DNA of 64,000 nucleotides from Epiperipatus broadwayi (Eukaryota; Animalia; Onychophora). The translations under genes and the position numbers were made by a program. Position 1 is the stretch's first letter. Each line of letters begins with the position of its first letter. Under the pieces are notes generated by a model. The model was not told where the DNA came from, searched no databases, and saw only the letters and a list, made by a program, of their open reading frames with translations. Of the stretch, positions 38,737-50,610 are shown in pieces. The stretch spans positions 11,656,001 through 11,720,000 of the forward strand of contig JAQFVV010000007.1 in NCBI GenBank assembly GCA_028023455.1, written 5' to 3'.

Positions 38737-39399
38737 TCTTGAATTTTAGCTTTTATATTTTTGTTATGCTCAATTACAATAAATCCAAATTAATTGAGTA
38801 TCATATAAATATGTAGTCTATTATCATTATATATTTATATCTTCTTAATAAATTTATAGAAACATACATTGTTATATAGAGATACACAGTTATGTTTGAT
38901 AAAAAAATCAAGTGAGTCTTTTGCAGAATACATGTTTCTATAAGTCAAACCTGATATCATCAGCTGTCCAGGAGATCAATTGAAATCACTTAAAAATAAA
39001 AATTCAGTTTCCATTTAATAGTCTTGCAATGCTCAATAATAGAATATACAAAAAATAATATTAATAGATTATATATTATTATGTATTTAATTAATTAATT
39101 TTTATGTGTTTAAAATGTTTATGTGAAAGTAAGATTATGTCAAAATGAGTTGGATTATAGAGTATTCCTTGCCAATTAAAAGTAAGTAAATACAAAGAAT
39201 CTGTAATTACATTATTGCTAAAATTCACATTCTAAATATTTCTGAGTCTTTATAAATAGAAATTGAATTGTTATGATTGATGTGATCTCAACTTGTCTCC
39301 CAAGACACTGATGTCATCAGGTTTGACTCATAGAAACATATGTGATGTGAAAGGTTCAATTGATTTATCAGAAAATAATGTGATATATAGGTTACTACA

Positions 39400-39435
<36 letters not shown>

Positions 39436-39443
39436 TGTAGTAT

Positions 39444-39462
39444 ACGTATGCTCTTCCGATCT
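39444..39462 (+). other. Illumina adapter/primer remnant
   Basis: ACGTATGCTCTTCCGATCT is an 18/19 match to TruSeq ACGTGTGCTCTTCCGATCT, next to a (TA)n run. Confidence 0.88.
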
Positions 39463-39769
39463 ATAAACAAAAACAATGGGAACATTTCATGTAGTAAGTA
39501 GAGAAACATGCCCAGCAATGATAAGTAACTACTAGGTAAACTGGTAGTTGCAAGCTGAACTATTTGCTAAAGAAACAACAACAGCTTTTTAACTGAGTTT
39601 TGATAGAAACAAAAGAAGGTTAAAAAAATTATTTTTGACTATTTAGCAAATGGTCCAGCAAGAATATTATCACTTTTAATTGGTGCTTCCTTAGCAACAA
39701 CATTGCAGGATATATTTCTCTTGTTATTCCAAAGAACATCCCATGTATTTTTTGTTTATATATTACATG

Positions 39770-40135
39770 ATCACCATTTCTATGCTTGCTTATAACTGTT
39801 ATTAAAGCAGGCAAAACTCTCCATACAGTAATGCCACTCAGTGTAAGCCAGAGTAATCAATGGATGCCAGGAGCTTTGTGCATAAAATCCCTATCCAGTT
39901 TTGTAGTTAAGTAGAGATAAAAAGTGGCCACTAGAGGGTTGCCTTAGATCCTAAGATCTAGGTGCAGTCCTCTCAGATCCAAAGCTCCTAACTGATGAAA
40001 GCCACAAACTAGAAACTAGTCTGGTGATATTGGATGAATAGACACTGAATAGGGGTTTTACGCATAAGCCTTCTGGCATCCATCGATTACTCTGACTTGC
40101 AGTGAGTGGCATTACTGTATGGAGAGTTTTGCCTG
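39770..40135 (+). mobile_element. Family B copy 2: inverted 3'-tail duplicate + tRNA-like head + hammerhead + tail
   Basis: Inverted arms 39808-39899 and 40044-40135. Head at ~39922-39970. HHR 39986-40026 with CTGATGA...GAA-ACTAGT-C. Confidence 0.8.
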
Positions 40136-40276
40136 TTTATATATTAATTAATGCCCAAGCGCATTTAATTTAAAGTATATTTATAAACTGTATATTGTGG
40201 TTTAATGGTGGTAAATTAAGCTGTCAGACTGGCCTTGGAGTTCGTATGTTTGTCACCTCTAACACTGCTAACAAGT

Positions 40277-40385
40277 CTTGCATTGGTGGTCGAGAGGTCA
40301 GCGCGACTGCCTTGCACTAGCGGGCAGTTGCCCGGGTTGCGGGTTCGCGTCCCGGCCGATGCTATGACACTTAATAAATAAAAAA
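40277..40385 (+). mobile_element. Young tRNA-Gly-derived SINE (subfamily 2) with 16-bp TSD
   Basis: GCATTGGTGGT...GGGTTCGCGTCCCGGCCGATGC-TATGACA-A-rich tail. TSD AACACTGCTAACAAGT at 40261-40276 and 40386-40401; CpG-rich. Confidence 0.9.
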
Positions 40386-41499
40386 AACACTGCTAACAAG
40401 TAAATATTATTCACTAAATGCATGCGTAGTGAAATAGAATGCCCCGAGTTTTTGTATTGGTAGATGATGATGAGTTAAAACGAGGGACGTATTTATAAAA
40501 ACTGAAAATAAAAAAAAATAAAAAACAGTTTGTATATATATGTTATTTGAATATTTTTTAACTTTGAATATGTTTTTTTTAATACAGTCAAAAAGAAAAT
40601 AATAACACTCATAAAAGTCAATAAAAAATAAAACCAGATATTTTAAAATTCTTATTTAAAACATAAATAAATAAAAAAGTTTTTTTAACATAATATTTTT
40701 ATTAAGAGTCTATTTTTTATTTTTACTTAAATTTTCAGTTTTGACAATAATCAAAATACTATATATATATTATGAAAGTCTTAATATTTTGAAATGTAAA
40801 ATTACGGCGGTGTGTTGACCATTTTCAAAAACGTCTCTAATTATTTACGTTTAACCTGCTATGGGTGGAGTTGTTCAGTTTTCTGAAACATATTTCGAAT
40901 CATCTTCGGATCTGATTGTCAAATCATGGCTAGAAAATTATGATACCAAAAATTGTTTCATTATATAAAATCATCTTTATATTTCACAGTCATAAACTTG
41001 CATATTTTGATAGATAATTTTCTGTGTATTATCTACCATATTGTTATGGTTCTTATAATCTTTTATTTTAATCAACAAAAATTGATATGTTATTTGATTA
41101 GCTTCATGATACCTTTTGTATTAATAAAAGAATATTGGATGAATTTTTAATTATTGAATAAAACTGTTCTTACTTAATATTCCATTTGAGAGCTCAAATT
41201 TCACAAGACTTTTAAAACCTAACAATATTTTGTTTTGTTTTCTTTTGGCTATCTTATTTTTGTCAGTTTTGTTTATTATATTTTGAAATTATCTAAAAGT
41301 AAAATATTGGGAAAATAGTATTTAAGTTTTAAATTAATTTAAATATATAATTTATCTGCAGCAATATAAGAATGAAGTTAATTGTGGACTAATGTAATTT
41401 AACCATGCATAATCATGCCTAAAACATTTCATCCATAAACAAATTTAAGTTAAAAATTGAACTTCTTATAATAAATTGGGTTTATTATAAGAACCAGGA

Positions 41500-41800
41500 T
41501 CTCTTAATAATGTATAAAATTAGCTGCAATGAACAAACTTGCAAAGCAGTTTATTATGATAAGCCCTGTGCAAACAGCACCACTAGATTAGTTCAACACA
41601 AATATGTATACAAATATGCTAATACCGACTCCAACATAAAGTCGATATTTTTAGGGCATGAGATCAACCCAAGCAATAATTTAGATCCATTTAAAATCAA
41701 AATTGTTTATGCTGAGCATAATAATAATAATAAAAAAAAAAATACAAAGAGGCATGGTTTACACAAGTAACACCCACATGATAAAATAAGAATGACTCAT
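41500..41800 (+). mobile_element. Old PLE GIY-YIG remnant
   Basis: MYKISCNEQTCKAVYYDKP...TRLVQHK resembles the VYxIxC..C...YIGxT...RLxEH pattern. Confidence 0.55.
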
Positions 41801-42454
41801 GCATTGCATTATTATGCAAATTATATATTTAAATCCACAACTTGCATACTAATTAACCTATAATTTCTCTGTTTTATATATCTATGTTAGTGCTGTGAAT
41901 GTAACCAACCTGGTCAAAAGCAGTGTTAAGCTGTGATCTTTAAAGGAGTTATAATATTATAATCTTTCTTTCTGGCATAGTGAATATTCACTATCTATTG
42001 ATTTACAGACAAACAGGGACAGAAATAAAAGATATATTGAATTATAAACTGTGTTGTTAATACAAATATATAAACCCTAAGCACTTTACGCAATGAAAAT
42101 GCAATTCTATGTTATTAATACTTTCAAAAATAACTGAACATAAAAAACTTATGCATGATATACATAAAAAAATGTTATAAAATATTGAACATATGAAACA
42201 AAATTTTCTATACATAATAAAACTACAAAAATTAATTTATATAATGAATTCAATTTTGTATCAATTTTATATTCACATTTAATTGAATTAAGATAACAGA
42301 AAATAATGGCAAGTTATGACAATGAAGATCAAGTGATATTTTTTGATTTATGGCATTCAGAAATTTACTTATTCTTCTTGCCTTTGGAAAGATAACCCAT
42401 GTAAAAAGTAGATTTATGTTGCATGTGTAGACATTTCATTTGAGATTAAAACAG

Positions 42455-42660
42455 TGACAAACTTTCCATACAGTAGTGCTAACTAGTGCAAGCCATAGCA
42501 ATCAACCAATAAAAGAAGTTTTATAAAATCTTTATCAAATGTCTACTCATCATCCAAACTAGAATCTTGCTTGTGGCTTTCATCAGTGAGGCATCTTGGA
42601 TCTGAGAGTACTGCACCTACCTCTTAGCATCTAATGCAACTCTCCAGCGGGCATCTTTTA
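42455..42660 (-). mobile_element. Family B copy 3 (degenerate HHR at ~42555-42592)
   Basis: Minus strand GATGCCCGCTGGAGAGTTGCATTAGATGCTAAGAGGTAGGTGCAGTACT...CCTCACTGATGAAAGCCACAAGC. Confidence 0.7.
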
Positions 42661-42857
42661 CAATTTTAGTTAACAATAACGCTATGAGTTCAAAATGAAG
42701 ACACATTGTTTCCAATCAAAGCTCATTTGATTGTATAGTCATACATATCTGAATCCAGTGCATTATAAATACATTTATATATCTTTGGCACTTCAATAAC
42801 CTTAGTCATCATTATCCTATAGAACAGTATGGTATTAAATCACTAAGCATCAAATGA

Positions 42858-43128
42858 TCACCATTTTCTATGCTTACACAAGCTGTTAAAACAATGAAAA
42901 TCTCTTCATACAATAGTACTTTCCAGTATGTTAGATTCTAAGATCTAGATTCAGTGCTCTTGGATTCAAACCCTTTCACTGATGAAAGCTGCAAGCTAGA
43001 AACTAGTCTGGGGATATTGGAAGAAAAGGCATTAAATATGAATTTTATGAACAAACCTTTTTACATCCCTTTGGTATGAAGAGATAGTCACTGTTTTAAC
43101 AGCTTGTGTAAGCATAGGAAAAGGGTGA
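42858..43128 (+). mobile_element. Family B copy 4 with inverted tail duplicate
   Basis: Inverted arms 42858-42911 and 43074-43128. HHR 42972-43013: CTGATGA-AAGC-tgcaa-GCTA-GAA-ACTAGT-C-TGGGG. Confidence 0.78.
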
Positions 43129-43750
43129 CAATATGATGTTAAATGGTTATTCTATTTGCCTTTGGAAAAAAAACTCAAAAAACAGATGCATGCATAGACA
43201 TATCTAAAGTCAAAATATTTATTTTATAATATATCAAGTTATATTTAATATATGCAGTGAATCCTAGTGAAAAAGTGCAAGCTCTCTCTCCATATTTTCT
43301 GCTGCATCATTTCTGAATCAGTACATGTTATATAGCAACATAGTTTAGTCATTTACCACAAAAGGTTTAAGGTGATAACATATCTGCAAAAAGGTTTAAG
43401 GTGATAATTATTACATTAATGTGACACCACATCCATGTGTTTATCATTTGTCTTTAATGTTCTCCCTGACACCACAAAATTTTGAAAACTGCTTGAAAAT
43501 TGTTTTGCAATGCCTGACTTTACTGTCATACACAACATTTCAAATGTTTCATTACTACTTTTGCATAAATCAAAACTAATGTTAGTGGTAGAATATTATT
43601 CCATCATGAGATAAGTTTAAAATATACTCACATATCATATCATAATTCACATTCAACACATGTTAGTAACATCTTAAAAAACTTTTGAATAGTTAAACTG
43701 CACTACTACATAACATATGCATTGAGTCAGGTGGATCTGCAGGAAGATTT

Positions 43751-43834
<84 letters not shown>
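43751..43834. repeat. Compound (CA)n(TA)n microsatellite
   Basis: Direct reading. Confidence 0.95.
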
Positions 43835-43836
<2 letters not shown>

Positions 43837-44149
43837 GAGACCAGTCATTGTTTTGCTGGGATACACTGAATATTATATAGACAGATTGTTTCTAGTCTAA
43901 GCTAAACATTTATATTATAGTATTACCTATAATTTACAACTCAAATATTTTTCTTTAGATAATAGTAACTTTAACTGTTTAAAAATAAAAAATTCTATCA
44001 CAAATAGGGTATGATTAAAATCCAATATCTTCTCATCATTACTGACATGATATTAATGACCATGGCCTTTCTATTAGAAAGAAGAAAAATAAAGATGAGT
44101 TTTGTATGAGACTATGCAAGCCAATATTTTCAATCACTACTAATCCACT

Positions 44150-44520
44150 ATAAAATGAAAGTCTTTTCATGTTTAATTTATTCTTTCTAATACACAGCCA
44201 CTTTTCTTTACATCACACCAACAAACATTCCTATTTAATTAACTCATCTCAAAGCTGGTTTTTTAAAGATTTTTACAATCTTTTGGGATTCAGATTAAAG
44301 TTTTAATCATCCATTTATTAATACAAGAGCTGACAATGAAATCTGTTTGTTCTCACACATATTTCAATTTCAATCTTTTGTTGCTCTTAAGATGCAGTTC
44401 CTATACTTTTTAAATAATCTGAAATTTCTGTATTGCTCTTTTGTTAAATGTATAAGTCTCAGATCCATAAGCAAGAAATGGTCAAACACATATAGGAAAA
44501 AAATCAAATATTATATCACA
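44150..44520 (-). mobile_element. RTE-type LINE 3' fragment
   Basis: Similar to 29650-30050. Confidence 0.6.
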
Positions 44521-44545
44521 TGACTCAGTTTTTAAGCTTGTAAAT

Positions 44546-44863
44546 AAAAAATAAAGAGCTTTACTAATTTGCTCTAACAAGCTTTATTGATAAATGCCAG
44601 CTAAAAAAAGCATTTAAAAATCTCTATCTCGAAAATCACTCCTTAGCCTCAGACCAATGATTTCATGCTTTGTCACTCCTCAATGAGGCACTTCCTTAGT
44701 GAAGCTAGGGTACTTTAGCACCTCACTGAGGAGTGCCAAAGTATGAGAACATTGAGCTGATGCTAAGGAATGGTTTTCAAGATAAAGATTTTTAAATACT
44801 TTGTTTATCTGGCATTTATCAATACAGCTTGTTAGAGCAAATTAGCAGAGCTCTTTATTTTTT
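44546..44863. mobile_element. Foldback element with two outward-facing hammerhead motifs (family D)
   Basis: Arms 44546-44688 and 44721-44863 are imperfect reverse complements. HHR-like CCTCA-(C/T)TGAGGA-GTG..CAT-GAAA-..GTC-TGAGG at 44647-44688 (-) and a degenerate copy at 44721-44762 (+). Confidence 0.75.
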
Positions 44864-47287
44864 AAATATAGTAAAAAAATCTTTTTTTTTTTTTCAAACA
44901 TATCACCATATTTCCTTTTAATAGTGTTATTTGTATCAAAAGCACTCCATCAAAATTCAATTCTGTGATGAAATTCATTCATTATATTTTCATCTGAATC
45001 AATGGATCAGATCCAAGAAATTGTACTTTATTTATGACTATCAATTTTAATTTTATTCTTCTGGGAAAATCTACTGAACATTACTTTAATCCTTTTTAGC
45101 ATTTATTTTTAATGCTAACTTTTTTTTTCATTGATAATGTTCGTAACAATGCAAGCATTATCTGAAAAAAGCAACCAATAAATATTCAAAATATAGATAT
45201 CATATATAAGACCCATACATTTAAATTTCCTTAGCTTTCTATTTAAAACCAAACTGCAATAAAAGATTATAGAGGCATAGAACCTATCTTTTATAAATTT
45301 TATTGATGTTAATCTTTTTAGTAGCATTATATAATCTAATGACTGAAACAAAATTTATGTACATAACATGGTTAATCAGCTTATTTGACATGCTGTAAGG
45401 CTTAGTCTTTAGTGAATTTTTTTTAAGCAGCTTAAAATTTTATAAACAGGCTTAGAATGTTATTTGAGACATTTGCCTTATAATTAAACTACATAGGATA
45501 TGTGCTATTGGTTTATAAATGGATGCTTAGTAATCAAATTTTAGATTTGCTGCTTAAATAAAATTTATTATATCATAAATTATATTCAGTATAAAGTTTT
45601 TGTATCCTCTTTTATTATAATTTTATTTCAAAAATAACTTTTTATTTTTCACAAACTAGAAGTTTGATACACCTAAATTTTTTTTATCAGAATTGTCAAT
45701 AAGCATTACATATAAATATTGTGATAGCAGCATCTGTATCTAGCTATTTCTTAACTGGAGACATATTCATATAATTTGACTTGGAGACATATTCATATAA
45801 TTTGACTTGATCAAATGACTGATTTTGACCTAATCTAAAACCACAATGGTAACACAAATTTAGTTTTTACAAAGAATAAAATATTTTTACATATGGGTAT
45901 TAAGTCAATAATTTATTTTTACATGTCAGTGCATGTAGATATCTATACATATTAAATATTGCCTATATATACACACACCTATATAGGGAAGTTTAAAATA
46001 TTATTTGAAAAATGTCAAGAAAGATGCTATTTTTTATATTTTCACACTTATAAAATATCACTTTCTGGGTATAAATCCATATAAGAACTTGGGGTTGAAG
46101 TAAATGTGGATCATTTTTCTTCACTAAAAAACTCCAACAAAAGAGCTATTGTAGGGTCATGGGAAACTTGGTTTACACTCAAGAATTGCCAATCAGTAAT
46201 AACTGATAATTTCTTGGTAACAACAAAGGTTAAAGTTTCTCTCAATTTATATAGATATTATCTCCTTATTTATTATTCTTTATTATAATAACAATTCATG
46301 AAAATATTTTTAATTCAATATAGGTATAAAAATATTATCTGAGTACATTCATGTATAGCATTTCATTTATATGTGTAGCTCATGAAAAATTTCTTTTTTG
46401 GATATATATGTAATAGGTTAAATCTGTCATTTATTATAAATAATATTAAACTACTGCGATGGAGATTAAAACCTAAAATATAATTAAATAAATGCTATAT
46501 TATTTAATGATTGAAGTAGAAATATATTATTTAGTTACATCACATATTCTAGATTTTTAATATGCTTGACATTTTGTTAGGTTTACTTTTGAAATAATCT
46601 TTACTGAACTGCTTTTGTGCAGCTTAAAATTTTATAAGCAGGCTATTTGTTTGACCTTATGATTGTGTTATAAAACACATTGAAAATATACTTTGTTTAT
46701 TTAATTACATTTTTTGGAATTTTCTGTTGCAGTATTTTAATATTATACATATATACATGTGCGTGTGTGGCAAGAGTAAAAATTTCTCTCACTGCCTTAC
46801 CAAGAACTTAAAAAGTTTTATAGAAACATGAACATCTAATTCTCACTCAAATAAAATGACTACTTAAAATTCCAAAATTTTATATGCAAGACAATTTTAG
46901 ACAATAAAATAGCACATGATTCAATCATATGACTTCAGTTTACACATTTTTGTTCAGTAATGAAGTCTGTTTTTCATTACAGTTATGACCCCTAATTAAT
47001 GCTTTAGCCATAAGGATTTATGAAGCTCTATCATCTGGAAAATATTTGTTTTAAAGCTTGCAAGATATGGAATAGCTATTGTGAAAGAAAAGAATATACA
47101 GCTGAAGTTTAGACCAGGTTAACTGTGGGAATAAAATTTCACTCAATGTAGATATATACAAATGAGATTAAAATTGGCCTACTTTTAGTATTTCCAGAAT
47201 TTATTCTGTTTGACAATTAAATCTATAAGTTTTTTGCAGTAGTTTTAAGACTTCCACTTCTCCTTTTTATTTGCATTGCTGAATTAT

Positions 47288-47516
47288 ATATAATATACCA
47301 TATACTCCACAATTTACACTTCACAATGCACTTTTAATATATGATTTATTTTATCTCCTCTTGCCTACAGTTTCGATTGTCCAGAAGTCATCATCATATT
47401 GTAGTTTTGATGATGACTGCTGACCAGTTGAAACTCTAGGCAAGAGGAGATAAAATAAATTATATATTAAAAGTGTATTGTGAAGTGTAAATTGTGGAGT
47501 ATATGGTATATTATAT
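47288..47516. mobile_element. Near-perfect ~110-bp-arm hairpin with two outward-facing hammerhead cores
   Basis: Arms 47288-47396 and 47408-47516. Each reads TGATGA-T-GACT-n7-A(G/A)T(C/T)-GAAA-CT(G/C)-TA-GGCAAG from the centre outward. Confidence 0.82.
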
Positions 47517-49459
47517 TATTTTTAAGACTCTTTGTATGATGGTCAGAGAGGTCTTTGTTCTCAACACATATACATAATTATTCAAACCATTTACTTTCTT
47601 ATACATATATGTAAAGTCTAAATACAAAATAGAATTTGTGTGTAATAATCTAGAGACCACTCCAGATTAAAACCAAAAGAGCAAACTCTAAGCCACATGA
47701 TCCAGAAGATAATTATAGAACTGGTGTAAAGGTAGCTTAAAGTGGATTAAACAAGTTGAATTATCATTTTCTAGATCACATGGTTTCCCATTGTCTTTCA
47801 AGTATTAATTGGTCTGGCCTTGATTATATCATAGCTGAAACAGTTACGTATATTATTACATCAACAGATTCTTTTTTATTTAACATCTACATCTGTAATT
47901 TAGGAAATATTTAATATATATATATATAAGCGCACAAGTCATTTGAGATGAAAATTTTTGAATAGTTTTGTTTTGTACAATGATCTTGAGGTTAGAAATC
48001 TTTTTTTATTGTTCAAGTTTAATAATTGATTAATTAAAAATTAATATGCATGAAATATTTTTTTTAATTTTATGTATTAAATATTGATGACGAAAATGTA
48101 GCTGAAAAAATAGTACTTAATATTTTTTTCACTTTGGAATTCATTCTTATTTTCGACCAGAAAACAATTATCAATTAGTCTGTAGCAATTAAGTGCTTTA
48201 ATTACTTGAGGAGAAAATATATATTTAAAATCTAAATAAAAGAATATTTAAAAGAAAAAAGAAAATCAATGTGTTAATTAATAGTTAATAATTTTTCAAT
48301 TGACAAGTTTAATTAATCTTCGCTGTTTTTTATTTTTTACCTGCGCTAATATTAGCTGACATATTCAAAATTTTTGAGATTTTTTTTTTTTGAAATTAAC
48401 AATAAATGTTCAAAATTTGGAAATACACAACTTTTAAAGATATAAAACTTGCAATATTATTTAATTTACAAAATAATTTTTGCTTCAGTTGTCTGGCAGA
48501 ATTATTTTTTAACTACATTAATTATCACGTTATTTCCGTCGTAGTAATATAATAATATGATTTTTTTTAAATAAAAAATATTATTTTACATATACACACA
48601 TATACACAAAAGAGAATATAAAAATGTGATATATATTAAAATAAATTATGCAGAAAATCTTTCTTTACATAGTGTTGATTAATATTATTAAATATTAAGA
48701 TAAATTATTATATATTGTTTAACTGAATTAAAATTAATACAGTTTTTTTTTTTTTTTTTCCAGAAGTTGGCAAGTTAAAATTATATATCAAAGATTGGCT
48801 CATTTCTTTTTTTTTTTTTTATATATATATTTAAGTTTGATATCAGATGACATTAACACTTTGCTATACTTGTAAACATTGGTTGGAAAGTAATTGTGTA
48901 GTTTCCAATGTTACGACATACCTGTTTGAATTTCTATACATAATAGATTACAGTGGTATAGTTACAAAACATTGCCTTGAAAGTTTAATTCAAAACAGAT
49001 AGGAGTGGACCTGCAATAAAATTTCTATTGATTTAAATTTCACATTCATTTTTATGGAATATATATGTGATTATTAAAAGAACTAAGCAGATAAAAAGTA
49101 GATTCTTTATTTTTATCCGTTCATATTAAACTTTGTTACCAGATGATATAATAATTGTGTTGGACTTGTAAATGTTTGATAAGCTAGGTGTTTATGTGCA
49201 TTTATAAAAGTAAAAAGCTAAGAATAAAAATAAGTGTTGAACAGTCTAAAGTAATGTTTAGTAGATTTTTTTCAATAGCGATTGATAATGAATTAGAAGA
49301 AATTAATAATTACATACATTAAAGATGAAAACATAATGGATGAAATTAATCACACAATTAAAATTTGGATGTTTTTGGTATACATATTTTAATATTAAAA
49401 GAAAATATTTCTTTGTGCTTAAAATGGAATATTTTTAATAAATATCTTTTCCCTGTTTA

Positions 49460-49815
49460 TCTAAGACTTGAACAAGTAGCAGAAATCAATACATAGACTT
49501 TAGATCATATAGTGAAGTATGAGAAGATGTATGAGATAACAAGAAAGAACAGAAAATGAAATACTTATGTGAGAGGACCAAAAGATATCTTTAATATTAC
49601 TGAAAAAGTTATGAGATTGTTATTGAGCTGTGCTGGACATATTGCTAAAAGAGATAATTATAGATGAACAATTGAAGTTTTAAATTGGATTGCAAGTGAT
49701 TGTCAAAGACCTAGAAAGTGACTACATGTGAGATGGGTGGATGAAATATTTTTTTTGGTAAAAAGAGATTAAGGATTAACTAATCTGGAGACTTTCATTC
49801 TGCAGTAATCATTAA
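49460..49815 (+). mobile_element. RTE-type LINE 3' fragment
   Basis: TGGACATATTGCT, GATGGGTGGATGAAAT and the terminal TTCATTCTGCAGT match the other RTE 3' ends. Confidence 0.65.
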
Positions 49816-50469
49816 AAATTATGATAAAAATAAAATGCTATTCAAAATTTATAACTGATCATATGCTTTGGTTTCCATAGCAATAATAATTTCAGCTAAA
49901 GGTATATCTTTCGGATACAAATAGTGTTATAAAAATATAATAAAAGTGTCTGATAGAAAATGATTATATAAATAGCAAATAAATAAACAAATTAAATGCT
50001 CATAAATAATTTATTAAGAGATAATAAATCCAATAATACCAATAAAATATTTACTTATTTGGACGATTTACTTTTTTTTTCACTACCTTACATTAAGTTT
50101 ATAAAAACAAAAATGGGAAGAAAGATGCAAATTATTATTTAATCCTTTTTTCAATGAAATTTAAGTCTATCAAATCAAGTAAATAAAAAATCATTAATGA
50201 TCATTTTTATTTTTAATCAGAAATAAAATTTCTAAAATTATGGACCCCCCCCCATATTTTTACCCTTTTTAAAAAAAAAATGTCTAAACTGTTATACAGA
50301 AAAAAATTAAGACAGGTGACATTTAAAGAAATAACATTAACTTAAACTAGTAAAATATCACCTGACTACACTACATGACTTTAGCTTACATATTGCTTTT
50401 ATAGAGCATAATTATCACCATCTCTATGACCCTTACTGTAAGCTTTAATAATAATAGATTCTAGATGGC

Positions 50470-50610
50470 AGTGCATAATAAATCCATGTCCTGGGCAGTT
50501 GTATACAATATACCCTGGCTAGTTTCAAACTTATGGATTTCATCAGTGAGGAGCTTTAAATCTCCGAAAAGTGGACCTGGACTTTTGGGATCAAATGCAA
50601 CCTTCTTCCA
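50470..50610 (-). mobile_element. Family B copy 5 (HHR at ~50512-50553)
   Basis: Minus strand GCTCCTCA-CTGATGA-AATCC-ataa-GTTT-GAAA-CTAG-CC-AGGG with a head remnant upstream. Confidence 0.65.

Noticed and set aside
39305-39345. Additional hammerhead (CTGATGTCA...GAAACATATGT)
   Set aside because: The first core box is broken and stem II is ambiguous; not counted.
41891-41929. Cys-rich mini-exon CCECNQPGQKQC* as a toxin-like peptide end
   Set aside because: Only 12 codons, no upstream exon or signal peptide found, and it sits next to a PLE remnant.
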